From the IMG/VR virus record IMGVR_UViG_3300002835_000037: a DNA stretch of 58,453 bases; one strand, 5' to 3'. The stretch is from an uncultured virus (IMG/VR IMGVR_UViG_3300002835_000037). Taxonomy: Duplodnaviria; Heunggongvirae; Uroviricota; Caudoviricetes. This document shows positions 11,134 to 20,432 of the stretch, piece after piece (the first letter of the stretch is position 1; each line of letters begins with the position of its first letter). The position numbers were made by a program, and so were the translations under genes. Under the pieces are notes generated by a model. It made no database searches. It saw only the letters and a program-made list of their open reading frames with translations, and was not told where the DNA came from.

Positions 11134-11292
11134 CTATCTATTCTTAATTGTAAAATTTAGTATACTGAGTGAATAAAAATTTCTAGACACGTCTATATCT
11201 ATACTTACTATATCAATGTAAGAAAGTCTAACTCTTATCATGAGTTTATCCCATTGTTTTCTGGAAGTTTTCCAATTATTTCTAAATTTCAT
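11134..11292 (-). CDS. Small hypothetical protein (52 aa) ending the lysis cassette
   Basis: Hand-translated MKFRNNWKTSRKQWDKLMIRVRLSYIDI...; ATGA overlap with the upstream gene. Confidence 0.6.
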   Translation of the reverse strand: MKFRNNWKTSRKQWDKLMIRVRLSYIDIVSIDIDVSRNFYSLSILNFTIKNR

Positions 11293-12098
11293 ACAATGTC
11301 GTTTGATTCAATTAATGTATATGTAAAGTTGTTTCCATGTACAGCTTTTGCTCTACGGCAGATTGCCATAAACTCTTCAAAGTCTGCAGATTTTTTAAAT
11401 ACCTGACATCCTTCAGACCAGTTCTCTACAAATGTTGAATCTGCTCCAGCTTTGTGAATGTTAATTCCAAACAATCCTTCTTGTATTGACTTCTCATCAT
11501 ATACCATATCTTTGTTTGGATCACGGAAAACTTTAACTGGTTTGTTTTGTCCTAGTGCTTCATACTTACCTGCATGAAGTCTCATGATGTGAGAGTTGAT
11601 ATACTGACCCTCAACTAATCTAGCTACACCTGCTTTATTTCCGTACTGCATAACACCTTTCGTTCCTGGATCTGTGGTTGCTGGCCAACTATGAAAATGC
11701 TCTACACCATCAACTGTATAAGTTAAAGTCAAATAATCATCAAATAAGTTAGTTACTTTTTGACCTGTAGAAGAGTTACGTACTCCTATAATATTAAGCA
11801 TTAAGTCTTTACCTTCAAACCACTTGTAACCTTTGGATGCTACTGCAGTTTTTACTTGAGCTGCAGTATATTTAGTAGCAACTGCTGGTTTAGAAACTAC
11901 AGGTTTACTATCTACAGTAATACCCATCTTAGCTAATGTAGCAGGTCCTACAACTCCATCTGGAGTAAGACCATGTTTTTTTTGAAACTCAATAACAGCA
12001 GCTTCTGTTTTTGGTCCAAAGTTTCCTATTTGTTCTACACCTAATACTGCCTGAATTTTCTTAACAGTATCATTGTTGTCTCCTTTTTTAAGTACCAT
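11289..12098 (-). CDS. Peptidoglycan-binding domain + putative cell-wall enzyme domain
   Basis: N-terminal PG_binding_1 (FGPKTEAAV..FQ..GL.PDGVVGPAT); C-terminal INIH...SEGC. Confidence 0.75.
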   Translation of the reverse strand: MVLKKGDNNDTVKKIQAVLGVEQIGNFGPKTEAAVIEFQKKHGLTPDGVVGPATLAKMGITVDSKPVVSKPAVATKYTAAQVKTAVASKGYKWFEGKDLMLNIIGVRNSSTGQKVTNLFDDYLTLTYTVDGVEHFHSWPATTDPGTKGVMQYGNKAGVARLVEGQYINSHIMRLHAGKYEALGQNKPVKVFRDPNKDMVYDEKSIQEGLFGINIHKAGADSTFVENWSEGCQVFKKSADFEEFMAICRRAKAVHGNNFTYTLIESNDIV

Positions 12099-12109
12099 AA
12101 CTATTCTAT

Positions 12110-12568
12110 TTATTTTTTAAAGTATAAGTTTGCTTCTGCCTCTCTTCTTCTCACAAGACCTTTTAATGTTTTACCTCCAGCTTTAACCCATTTCATAAAT
12201 TCTAATCTGATTGATTCGTCTTCTGGATTAGCATTAACCTTTTTCAATAGGGTTGATGACTTTAGATTCCCCGGGCCTAAATTATAAGCAAATGATACTA
12301 GAGCATCGAACTGATTCTGATTGATATCATCACGGCAATATGAATCTACATATTGCTCAAAACTGACAAGCATACTTTGTAATAGTTCCGTACCGCGTGC
12401 TTCAGTGATTGTAGCATCTGCCATTGTTACTTTTTTACCGCCTGGGTAAAATGTTGCTCCATACCCAATGGTTGGAATACCTGCAGGACATTTGTAAGGA
12501 GTTCCTCTAAATCCTTCAAAAGCTTTAATCATATCAATTCCAGCCGTGCCTGTTTTTGTAATTTTCAT
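12110..12568 (-). CDS. Endolysin, GH24 lysozyme
   Basis: FEG...Y.CPAG.PTIGYG, NQNQFDALVSFAYN.G, GLVRRREAE. Confidence 0.92.
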   Translation of the reverse strand: MKITKTGTAGIDMIKAFEGFRGTPYKCPAGIPTIGYGATFYPGGKKVTMADATITEARGTELLQSMLVSFEQYVDSYCRDDINQNQFDALVSFAYNLGPGNLKSSTLLKKVNANPEDESIRLEFMKWVKAGGKTLKGLVRRREAEANLYFKK

Positions 12569-12574
12569 ATCCTT

Positions 12575-13690
12575 TTATTTTTTTTCTTTACTGCCTTCTT
12601 GCGTAGCATACTTGATACCCATGATTGTGCCGACTATTGAAAAGGCATTTGTTAATAATACACTAAACATATTACTCCATGTTGATCCAATGATTTGAGT
12701 ATCTTGATTTGTTATAATTGCAGCCCAGTATAGTACAGTTGTTATAACCCCTACTCCAACTATAACAGCCAACGCAACTTTGACAATGATTTTAATCAGC
12801 TCACTTTGGCTTTTTTTCATCATTACATCTAAGTCATTCAGAGCTGCATCTTTTTCTATCTCAATTGCATTCTTAAGCTTTTGTGAGTTATCAAGTTCTA
12901 CCTGTAAATTTGTTGTTAAGTCGTCTATTTTCTTCTTATTGTTTACAGCCTCAGTGACATCAGTTGCAATTTTAACTACATCGGTGATGTTTCCTTTACT
13001 GTCCATTACAGGATTATAAGATGCTTGCAAGTAAACAGTAGATCCATCTACTTTTCTTCTTTCAAATATTCCATCAAAGAACTTACCCTTTTTCAGACTT
13101 TCCCAAAACTTAGCATATTCATCAGATTTAGAATACTCGTAGCTAACAAAAACACTGTGGTGTTTACCAATGACTTTACTTTTTTCATTGGTTTTATAAC
13201 CCATAGTTTCTAAGAATATAGAATTAACTTCTGTTATAAAACCCTCAATATTAAAACTAATAAGAGCTGTACTTCTGTTAATGGCATCTATTTGTTTCTT
13301 ACTATTGACAATTGCACTAATGTCAGTAGCAATCTTCATTACTTTGGTGATCTTACCATCCTCATTTAAAATAGGATTATAAGTTGCTTGAAGATTAATA
13401 AGACTTCCATCCTTTCTTCTTCTCTCAAATTCTCCAGTGTAATACTTACCACTTCTTAGGATATCCCAAAACTTCTCATATTCAAGTGATCTTGAGTAAT
13501 CATCACATACAAAGATGCTATGATGTTTACCAATGATATCATCATGGTTGCCTTTACCATAACCCATTGCTTCCAAAAAAATGTCATTGACCCCTAGTAT
13601 AATACCAGCAAGGTCAAAGTAGATAATAGCATTACTTCTATTAATGGCTTCTAGTCTACTTAGTAACTCTTCTTTTGGGAGATTTTTCAC
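12575..13690 (-). CDS. Tandem PAS-PAC domain membrane protein (no MCP or kinase output domain)
   Basis: Two repeats AINRS.A.I.F...IGKHHS.FV...FW..L..G....G.FERR..DGS...LQA.YNP; coiled coil; two C-terminal hydrophobic helices; GTG start. Confidence 0.85.
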   Translation of the reverse strand: MKNLPKEELLSRLEAINRSNAIIYFDLAGIILGVNDIFLEAMGYGKGNHDDIIGKHHSIFVCDDYSRSLEYEKFWDILRSGKYYTGEFERRRKDGSLINLQATYNPILNEDGKITKVMKIATDISAIVNSKKQIDAINRSTALISFNIEGFITEVNSIFLETMGYKTNEKSKVIGKHHSVFVSYEYSKSDEYAKFWESLKKGKFFDGIFERRKVDGSTVYLQASYNPVMDSKGNITDVVKIATDVTEAVNNKKKIDDLTTNLQVELDNSQKLKNAIEIEKDAALNDLDVMMKKSQSELIKIIVKVALAVIVGVGVITTVLYWAAIITNQDTQIIGSTWSNMFSVLLTNAFSIVGTIMGIKYATQEGSKEKK

Positions 13691-13699
13691 TGCAAGTTA

Positions 13700-13999
13700 T
13701 TATTTCTTGAACTTTTTAAGCCAAACTTTAGATATCAAATTACCTGCTATTTTCAATAAAGGATTTTGAGCATCAACTGTTACAGTAGTACCTTCTTCAG
13801 TTTTAACTACATTAACATCTAATTTTTCACTATCTAGTTTGAATTCTTTTTTTTCTTCAGTTGCATGAACTTCTACATCAACCTTTGGAGTGTCAATTAC
13901 AACATCAACATTTTTTCCTTCTTTCTTTACTTTAGCAGTGACTTTTTTGGTTTTTACTTCAACCTCAATGTCTTTTACTTTTACTTCTTTCTTAGCCAT
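13700..13999 (-). CDS. Lys/Val/Glu-rich hypothetical protein in the lysis cassette
   Basis: 99 aa ORF, co-oriented and tightly packed. Confidence 0.65.
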   Translation of the reverse strand: MAKKEVKVKDIEVEVKTKKVTAKVKKEGKNVDVVIDTPKVDVEVHATEEKKEFKLDSEKLDVNVVKTEEGTTVTVDAQNPLLKIAGNLISKVWLKKFKK

Positions 14000-14010
14000 T
14001 TTTATTTAAT

Positions 14011-14250
14011 TTAGGGATTTACAATTTCTTCTTCTTTCTTGTCTTCAACAGTTAACTGTGAAGTTGCTACAATAGTAGCACTTACTGTTGCTAAATAAGT
14101 TGCAGTAGTAATTACTGCAGCTGGTAATGTTACTGGTGCAGCAATAATAATTCCTGCTACAGTTCCTGTAATAATAGCCCATCTTTGGACTCTTTTCCAA
14201 AACTCAGGTGTTTTAGCCTTCCATCTTTCTTTAAGGGTTTTCTCTTTCAT
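14011..14250 (-). CDS. Small two-TM holin-like protein
   Basis: RWKAKTPEFWKRVQ followed by two hydrophobic segments. Confidence 0.65.
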   Translation of the reverse strand: MKEKTLKERWKAKTPEFWKRVQRWAIITGTVAGIIIAAPVTLPAAVITTATYLATVSATIVATSQLTVEDKKEEEIVNP

Positions 14251-14779
14251 CTTTGATTGATTTTATTGGTTCATCTTTTACATACTGAGCTAGATATCTT
14301 AGTAGAGGATTATATTCTGTCCAACCCAGTCTTTTAAAATTTTCTAAATTTGATAAGAAAAGATTTATAATTATATAGTTATAGAATCCATAATGCAGCC
14401 ATTCATAGATATTAAAGGTAACTCCAAACACTGGTTTAATCGGAATATTTTCAGCTAATGCATGTGATACACCAATCATTAACATATATACAAACAATTT
14501 AAACCATCCTTTACCGAAAAGTTCTGAATCAAATTTTAAACCTTCTTTTCTGGAAGCTTTAAGACCTGTATAAAACTCTAATATAAAAAGTAAAAGAATA
14601 CCTATACCAACAGGCAATACAATACCAAAAACAGAATTAAAATAATAAGCAATTCCTGCAAAAAAAGCACTTATAATTGTTATAGTGCTGGAAGCTTCTG
14701 GATGAAATGCACTGTTTATAAAATGTGTTGTATCACTGTATCCTGCAGCAAAAACTAATTTGTTAAGTATTGTTTTCAT
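14231..14779 (-). CDS. Holin (phage holin family 4-like)
   Basis: Several TMs; EFYTGLKAS...S..FGKG..KLFVY...SNLENFKRLG. Confidence 0.75.
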   Translation of the reverse strand: MKTILNKLVFAAGYSDTTHFINSAFHPEASSTITIISAFFAGIAYYFNSVFGIVLPVGIGILLLFILEFYTGLKASRKEGLKFDSELFGKGWFKLFVYMLMIGVSHALAENIPIKPVFGVTFNIYEWLHYGFYNYIIINLFLSNLENFKRLGWTEYNPLLRYLAQYVKDEPIKSIKDERENP

Positions 14780-14832
14780 TAGGTTAATAATATAAGTATT
14801 AATGCTTTATTATTGCTGTCGGTTTATTTTGG

Positions 14833-15105
14833 TTAATCAATTTTAAATTTTTGCATACCTTCAATAACTCTTTCCATAAGATTTGCTTCTCCCTCATAGT
14901 TAAGATTTTGAGCAGGAATTTTTTCAAGCAGATAATCAAATCCAAATTTAGCATCATCAGATTGAAATCTGCACATTACAGATATTGCTATATCTAAAAC
15001 ATGTACCTGAATACTATTCTGATCAGGTGTAACATTAGGATCTATTGTGTTAAAACCCAAGGTTGGATCCTCACAAGGGAAAAAATATGTTCCTAGTACT
15101 TTCAT
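14833..15105 (-). CDS. Hypothetical protein
   Basis: 90 aa; TAATG overlap with the upstream gene. Confidence 0.65.
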   Translation of the reverse strand: MKVLGTYFFPCEDPTLGFNTIDPNVTPDQNSIQVHVLDIAISVMCRFQSDDAKFGFDYLLEKIPAQNLNYEGEANLMERVIEGMQKFKID

Positions 15106-15797
15106 TAGTTTAAGGTATTAGTTAAAGGGTTATATGTAAATTTACGCATTACAGGTACTATACGCTCACCTGTATTAGCTATTGAAAAATTAGTAGCATT
15201 ACCAGAAAAATAAGCGAAAACATAATATTGGTTCTGTCTTCTTGTACTTGTCCAAAATTGATCTGCCAATACTGCACCAACTCTATTAAGTGGTGGATAA
15301 TTAAGTGTCTGTTGAACATCACTTAGTATTGGAAATTGTTGCCAGAATTTTAATGATGCTGCCATCCATCCTGTTGTATATGAACCAAGAGAAAAAGTTA
15401 ATGCTGCCGTAAATGGGATTCCTAAATTACCAGCCGCACCGGCCGGGTTAAAACTACCAACACCATTTATATTTAACCCCCAAACAGTATTTGTTTGTGG
15501 TCTCCAAGTATCCCAATTAATAATAATTTCATCAGGAAAAGCTGCTGCTCTATTAGCTGCAGCTGAACCATCTGCTAGAAAATAATTACCCGCTAAATCC
15601 TGATAACCACCATTAACTCCAGTTAACAAATAATCATTCCCAAAAGGATTATTAAAATTTGTTCTAAGAAAAGATGGATTATCTCCCGGTTGAAGCATTG
15701 CATCATCATTTAATGCAGCACTATTTACTAGACCAGATTTCATTAAACCACCTGTATCAGGAGAAGATGATGTTAATAACTGTATTAATGTACTCAT
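15105..15797 (-). CDS. Putative virion/receptor-binding protein with a C-terminal DUF1566/C-type-lectin-like end
   Basis: GW...LNYPPL...FWTST...PVMRKF pattern. Confidence 0.5.
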   Translation of the reverse strand: MSTLIQLLTSSSPDTGGLMKSGLVNSAALNDDAMLQPGDNPSFLRTNFNNPFGNDYLLTGVNGGYQDLAGNYFLADGSAAANRAAAFPDEIIINWDTWRPQTNTVWGLNINGVGSFNPAGAAGNLGIPFTAALTFSLGSYTTGWMAASLKFWQQFPILSDVQQTLNYPPLNRVGAVLADQFWTSTRRQNQYYVFAYFSGNATNFSIANTGERIVPVMRKFTYNPLTNTLN

Positions 15798-15799
15798 TT

Positions 15800-15936
15800 T
15801 TAATATGTTTTGTTCAAAATGAATATATCACTATAGATACTGTTTGCCACATTAGCTGCTCCCCACTGAACAGTAATGTCAAGAGTATTAGGTATGGTGG
15901 ATCAGATTCTGGCTTTATATCTATTCTTGTACTCAT
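15800..15936 (-). pseudogene. Internally deleted virion-gene remnant
   Basis: ATG 15936 (MSTRIDIKPESD) joined out of frame to a start-less C-terminal frame TIPNTLDITVQWGAANVANSIYSDIFILNKTY* whose stop lies 2 nt before the next ATG. Confidence 0.55.
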
Positions 15937-15947
15937 TGTTTTATATA

Positions 15948-17198
15948 TTATCTACTTACTTCTTCCCAATCTAATGAAACGTATGCTCCTAAAGTTCCTC
16001 CTGTAGCATCAATAGCCATTTCAATAACCAATTCAAGAGGTGTATTTGTAAAAGAATTTCTTTCAAGTTGACTAGCAAATATTGCCTCTTTTAATATATT
16101 GATACTTGGAGAACCTTGATTAGATGAATTTACATATCCTTGCGCTAATACTCTACCTCCTGAAACAGACGTTCCTGTAAGGTTATATTCTACAGATGAA
16201 TCTGTTCCTGCTGAAACCCAAGACCCTCCTGTTGTTATAGCAGATTGCACAATTCTCCATGCATAGTTTTTACCATTACCTAATCCTAATATAGATACCG
16301 CTGTAGTTATAATTATAGCATCTAATGCAGTAGTTTTAAGTCTAATTCCTACCATTGGATAATACGTTCCTGCTACAGCAAATGTCCTAGGAGCAGTAAT
16401 AGATGTTCCAATTACTTGTTGAGCTCCTCTAAGTTCATAACCACCTTCAGATATTGCACTAGAACAAACTTGTTTTAATGTACTTGGACTAGCTGTAACT
16501 CCAGTATTAGTTATCTCATATCTTAATGGTAATGAAGCTGTAGTGATATAAGTAGATGTAATAAAATTAGCATGATTAAATCTATGGCATACAATGAAGT
16601 TACCATCTATAATAAAACCTACTCTTACAGTTCCTTCTCCTAGCCACTCAATATCCATGAAAAGAATCTGAGCCTTAGTAATATCTAAAGTTATTCCTGA
16701 TGGACCGTTACCATCCATTGTATCCGCATTCCAAGAAGCTTGATTAACTACTGATTCTGTAACAATACCTGTGACTAAACTTCTTTCAACAAAACTTAAT
16801 GTATCACCATTTAACTGAACATAAATTCCATTATCAGTACCAAAGTATCCTACTCTTTGTCTTAATCTTTGTTGAGCAGGAGCCATTACAAATGTATTCA
16901 TTACAAGTAAAGACTTACCTGGTTGATATGACATTACTTTAAATGTTTCTCTCAGTACTTGTGAACCGCTTGTTGTATTCACATTTAGGTTTACTAAGCC
17001 TTCATTTGCACTAAAAACTGCTGCTCCTCCACTTGCTGTAGATGTAGCCCATAAACCATTATCTCTGTATCTATGTGAAGAGTCAAATAATGTCAATGGT
17101 TGTGCTACTCTTATCCTACCAAATGCATCAGCCAACATTGGATCATTAGCCAATATTGATTGATTAGATATGCTGGAAGTAGATATTATAGTAGCCAT
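15948..17198 (-). CDS. Beta-rich virion structural protein
   Basis: 416 aa Thr/Ser/Gly-rich; DAFGRIRVAQP.TLFDS, YQPGKS, EWLG.G.VR.GF. Confidence 0.7.
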   Translation of the reverse strand: MATIISTSSISNQSILANDPMLADAFGRIRVAQPLTLFDSSHRYRDNGLWATSTASGGAAVFSANEGLVNLNVNTTSGSQVLRETFKVMSYQPGKSLLVMNTFVMAPAQQRLRQRVGYFGTDNGIYVQLNGDTLSFVERSLVTGIVTESVVNQASWNADTMDGNGPSGITLDITKAQILFMDIEWLGEGTVRVGFIIDGNFIVCHRFNHANFITSTYITTASLPLRYEITNTGVTASPSTLKQVCSSAISEGGYELRGAQQVIGTSITAPRTFAVAGTYYPMVGIRLKTTALDAIIITTAVSILGLGNGKNYAWRIVQSAITTGGSWVSAGTDSSVEYNLTGTSVSGGRVLAQGYVNSSNQGSPSINILKEAIFASQLERNSFTNTPLELVIEMAIDATGGTLGAYVSLDWEEVSR

Positions 17199-17200
17199 GC

Positions 17201-17611
17201 TTAATCAGCAACAAATATGATTAACAATTCTGTTCCTGTTCCGTCATACGAGAATACACCAAAATAATTATTTAAAGCATCCGCTGAAAAATTTACAATT
17301 TCTCCTGGACTAATGACTGTACCTAAAACATCTCCATTAGCTAAACCTACGTTAGCTACTGATACAGAATAAATAGGAGCATAAGTACTTAAGTCCCCTG
17401 CAGAAGTTTCTCTTATAAAAAACGGCTTTCTTTCAACACCTGTAGTATTAGTTTCTACAATTTGCAAAGTGCTTTCAGTAGCAAGACCTGTAGTATTAAC
17501 AAGCAAGTTCTGCAAATCTAGCAAAACCGCTTGTAAACCTTTTAGTACATTATGCTGATAAGGAAAATTATTACCTATATTCCCATCACTTTTTGTATTC
17601 CCTATTGACAT
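17201..17611 (-). CDS. Putative virion protein
   Basis: 136 aa in the structural operon. Confidence 0.6.
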   Translation of the reverse strand: MSIGNTKSDGNIGNNFPYQHNVLKGLQAVLLDLQNLLVNTTGLATESTLQIVETNTTGVERKPFFIRETSAGDLSTYAPIYSVSVANVGLANGDVLGTVISPGEIVNFSADALNNYFGVFSYDGTGTELLIIFVAD

Positions 17612-17732
17612 AGTATTTTAATTTTTAATCTGTTGAATTAAATACAATAAACCCATTACATTTAATTGTCAACTATATATTTTTCAAAAACAGTAATAAA
17701 TCTTATTATCCTAATTACTTAGACTAATTAAA

Positions 17733-17999
17733 TTAGTTTCTGCTACGCACACGTCTGTAAAATGGTACTACTTCTACTTGAAAATCTCCAGCAGGTGTAT
17801 CAGGATTATCTACTACAACAAAAGTTCCTGTTGGTATTCCGTTTTCAGCAGCTTTTTGAGCTGAGTCCCATACACCAGTACTCAATAAATTTTGAAGAAG
17901 TTTTGTTAATTCAGCTGCTTTAGCTTGTGGTGATGCACTGTATTCACCAGTTAAATATACAGCTGGTGTGATAGTGTTAATTTTATAAGGTGTACTCAT
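17733..17999 (-). CDS. Hypothetical protein
   Basis: 88 aa ORF. Confidence 0.6.
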   Translation of the reverse strand: MSTPYKINTITPAVYLTGEYSASPQAKAAELTKLLQNLLSTGVWDSAQKAAENGIPTGTFVVVDNPDTPAGDFQVEVVPFYRRVRSRN

Positions 18000-18014
18000 G
18001 ATTTTTTAGTTTAA

Positions 18015-18263
18015 TTATTGAACAATTTTAACTAACAAGTCTCCACCGGAGTTTGTTACATACCAATCACCGGGTTTTAAACCAGCTGCAACAGCCGCTG
18101 CATTATTGGCATAAACTTTTTGTTTAGTAGCCGTTCCAGCATCAAACAAAAATTTTTTTACCGATCTGTTTAGATACTGATACATCTGAGTAAGCTTAGA
18201 TTTGTACTCAGGAAGCGTAGATCTTGCATTATCTACATTTTGATATTCTGGATAAGTTGCCAT
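18015..18263 (-). CDS. Small putative virion protein
   Basis: VYANNAAAVAAGL..GDWY motif of the kind seen in fibre proteins. Confidence 0.6.
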   Translation of the reverse strand: MATYPEYQNVDNARSTLPEYKSKLTQMYQYLNRSVKKFLFDAGTATKQKVYANNAAAVAAGLKPGDWYVTNSGGDLLVKIVQ

Positions 18264-18308
18264 AGTAAATATTTTAATTACATAATAATATACAAAAAAA
18301 TACGGAAT

Positions 18309-18344
18309 AAAAAAAATCCTTAGAGATTTTTCTAAGGATTTTTT
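18309..18344. terminator. Bidirectional intrinsic terminator
   Basis: A tract-TCCTTAGA-gattt-TCTAAGGA-T tract. Confidence 0.75.
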
Positions 18345-18357
18345 ATAGTTACTTTGG

Positions 18358-18552
18358 TTAGCTCAGTAGAGAGCCAATGATGACCCCGATGATAACCATA
18401 CCTATTACTACTATATTGGCCCAGGCTTTACTTACTTTATCTTCATGCCACATGTTTGACAATCTATTAAATGTAGGTTTTCTTAAGTTAGATTGTATAT
18501 AAAACAATATAACCAATAAAAACACCCAGACTGATAGTATTAACGCTTTCAT
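18358..18552 (-). CDS. Small two-TM membrane protein
   Basis: 64 aa with two hydrophobic segments. Confidence 0.6.
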   Translation of the reverse strand: MKALILSVWVFLLVILFYIQSNLRKPTFNRLSNMWHEDKVSKAWANIVVIGMVIIGVIIGSLLS

Positions 18553-18887
18553 TATTCTAAACTATTTATTCTTCTTTGTAAATATACTAATGCTTTTTGT
18601 AAGTCTTCTTTAATCTTGCTAGAATCTTTCTTTCCAGCGCGAGCTAGATACTTAATTACGTTGCCTAAATAGAAATCTTTATCTAATCCCCAAGCCTCTA
18701 AAACATTAAATACCTCATATGTATTATCAGCACCTCCGTAATAAACAGGTCTAGGTAAAGAACCAGGATTTAGTTTTTCAACTCTTTTGGTCCAATCTAT
18801 TTCCATGGCCGTTGGGCAAGTAGCTTTACGAATACTTGTATCCTTTCTATATACATCTTTAGACATATTTTCATAAGGTGTTACCAT
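18552..18887 (-). CDS. DUF3310 (SaV-like) protein
   Basis: P.YYGG...FYLGNVIKYLARAGKK...EDLQKA.VYL. Confidence 0.8.
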   Translation of the reverse strand: MVTPYENMSKDVYRKDTSIRKATCPTAMEIDWTKRVEKLNPGSLPRPVYYGGADNTYEVFNVLEAWGLDKDFYLGNVIKYLARAGKKDSSKIKEDLQKALVYLQRRINSLE

Positions 18888-19159
18888 ACAAATGCAATTG
18901 AATTATCTGTAATTAAAATTCTCATTTTTCCGTCAACCTCAATCTTTTCACCGGTTTCCAAAGCATAAGTTTGAACATACACTATGTCACCAACTTTGAT
19001 ATCAGTAACTTCATCTCCAATAGCAAATACTTCTAGCTTCTGCCATTTCTTCATTGCTTCTTGCATGATCATATCCTCATCCTTCATAGAGAGTTCCACA
19101 GCTGATTTTTTCAACTCAGGAACAGTTATCATAATTCTTTTACCTCTTAGATTTTTCAT
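18881..19159 (-). CDS. groES: GroES-like co-chaperonin
   Basis: LRGKRIMI...VFAIGDEVTDIKVGDIV. Confidence 0.7.
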   Translation of the reverse strand: MKNLRGKRIMITVPELKKSAVELSMKDEDMIMQEAMKKWQKLEVFAIGDEVTDIKVGDIVYVQTYALETGEKIEVDGKMRILITDNSIAFVW

Positions 19160-19176
19160 ATATATGTATTAATTAA

Positions 19177-19368
19177 TTACGCATCATATTTTTTTAAAGA
19201 AGTCAATTTACTATCAACCTTCATTAAATTATTTGTATTTACTAATGAAATCTTAATTTTTTCAAGTAGTCCAACTATTGCAAGATTATCATAAGCTTCT
19301 TCATTGATTCTTACTTCTAGACCTTCGCTTGTTTCAGCAATAGAAATAATAACATTTTTTTCTGACAT
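19177..19368 (-). CDS. Hypothetical protein
   Basis: Likely start MSEKNVII at 19368, downstream of a hairpin. Confidence 0.55.
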   Translation of the reverse strand: MSEKNVIISIAETSEGLEVRINEEAYDNLAIVGLLEKIKISLVNTNNLMKVDSKLTSLKKYDA

Positions 19369-19494
19369 ATTTTTAATTTTAAGCAAAAATACAAACTTTT
19401 TTTGTTTAAAACAAAAACCCCAGATATTTATCTGGGGTCTCTGCAAACAAAACATCAGAAAAGCAAATAAATTAACTTTTTACAAATATATAAA

Positions 19495-20121
19495 TTATTC
19501 ATTATCATAAAACATATTCTCTGTATCTTCAGTACCCCACTTAGTATGACTTTCACAATGATAAAACTTCAGATTGAGTTTATAATCCGGAATAGTTTTA
19601 AAAGGTTCTGATACCATGCTAGGTTCATTCCATAGGATCCTATTATTAGGATATATGCAAAAATGCCCTGAATCTAGTTCTATAACATGACCCATCTTAT
19701 GTTGACTAGGTTCTTCAGCATAAGAAGTAGATATAGTAGCACTACTGTCAGCATTCCAATCAATAGTAAATCTATACCGGCCTTCAACTTTCTCTTTGTT
19801 TTTTAAATAGACCTGGCACCTTTTTCCTTTAAGGAACATGAACTGGGTTACACTAGGACTATAAGAAAAGCAATCCCATAGCTGCAGTATATGAAAATCA
19901 ATGTGCGGGGCTTCAGGTTGCTCAAAAGGTACTAGAGCTGATACAGGTATCTTATCATAAATAGCACCTATATCAGTCATCACCACAAACAAAGCCGCTG
20001 TTCCCTGCAGACTCTTAATAGCAAAAGCCGTCCCCTCAACTAACTCCCCGTGGTGAGCTTCTAGATTATAAAGATACTCCTTCCTAATATAACACTCTAT
20101 AGGGGGGATATTAATATTCAT
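19495..20121 (-). CDS. Hypothetical phage protein
   Basis: Likely start MNINIPP at 20121; TATATTTG element upstream; LQLWDCFS, YPNNRILW. Confidence 0.7.
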   Translation of the reverse strand: MNINIPPIECYIRKEYLYNLEAHHGELVEGTAFAIKSLQGTAALFVVMTDIGAIYDKIPVSALVPFEQPEAPHIDFHILQLWDCFSYSPSVTQFMFLKGKRCQVYLKNKEKVEGRYRFTIDWNADSSATISTSYAEEPSQHKMGHVIELDSGHFCIYPNNRILWNEPSMVSEPFKTIPDYKLNLKFYHCESHTKWGTEDTENMFYDNE

Positions 20122-20189
20122 AAGATCAAGCTTTAATTTATACAAATATAAAAACTTTTTGGAATACTGGTACCACAATATATTAGAAG

Positions 20190-20400
20190 ATGTGGTGGGT
20201 CCTTACTGCGAGACCCCCGGGCCTCTCCGCTCGGCAGGGGTACCCCCTGGTGCTGCAAGATGACCAAATGAATTCGGTCATCTTTTGCAAGAAAATTTTC
20301 TTGTCAGAAAATGTTTCTATTGATGTATCATGCTATGCATGATACTACAGCTAGTTATGTGATCATTGCATGATAACATACCAGCTGGAAAGCTAACCCT
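20190..20400. other. GC-rich, palindrome-rich divergence point (candidate genome end/packaging/origin region)
   Basis: Strand switch; GGGGTACCCC 20237-20246 and several inverted repeats. Confidence 0.45.
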
Positions 20401-20432
20401 TGTCATAATATAAAATCTTTAAATTTTATCTT

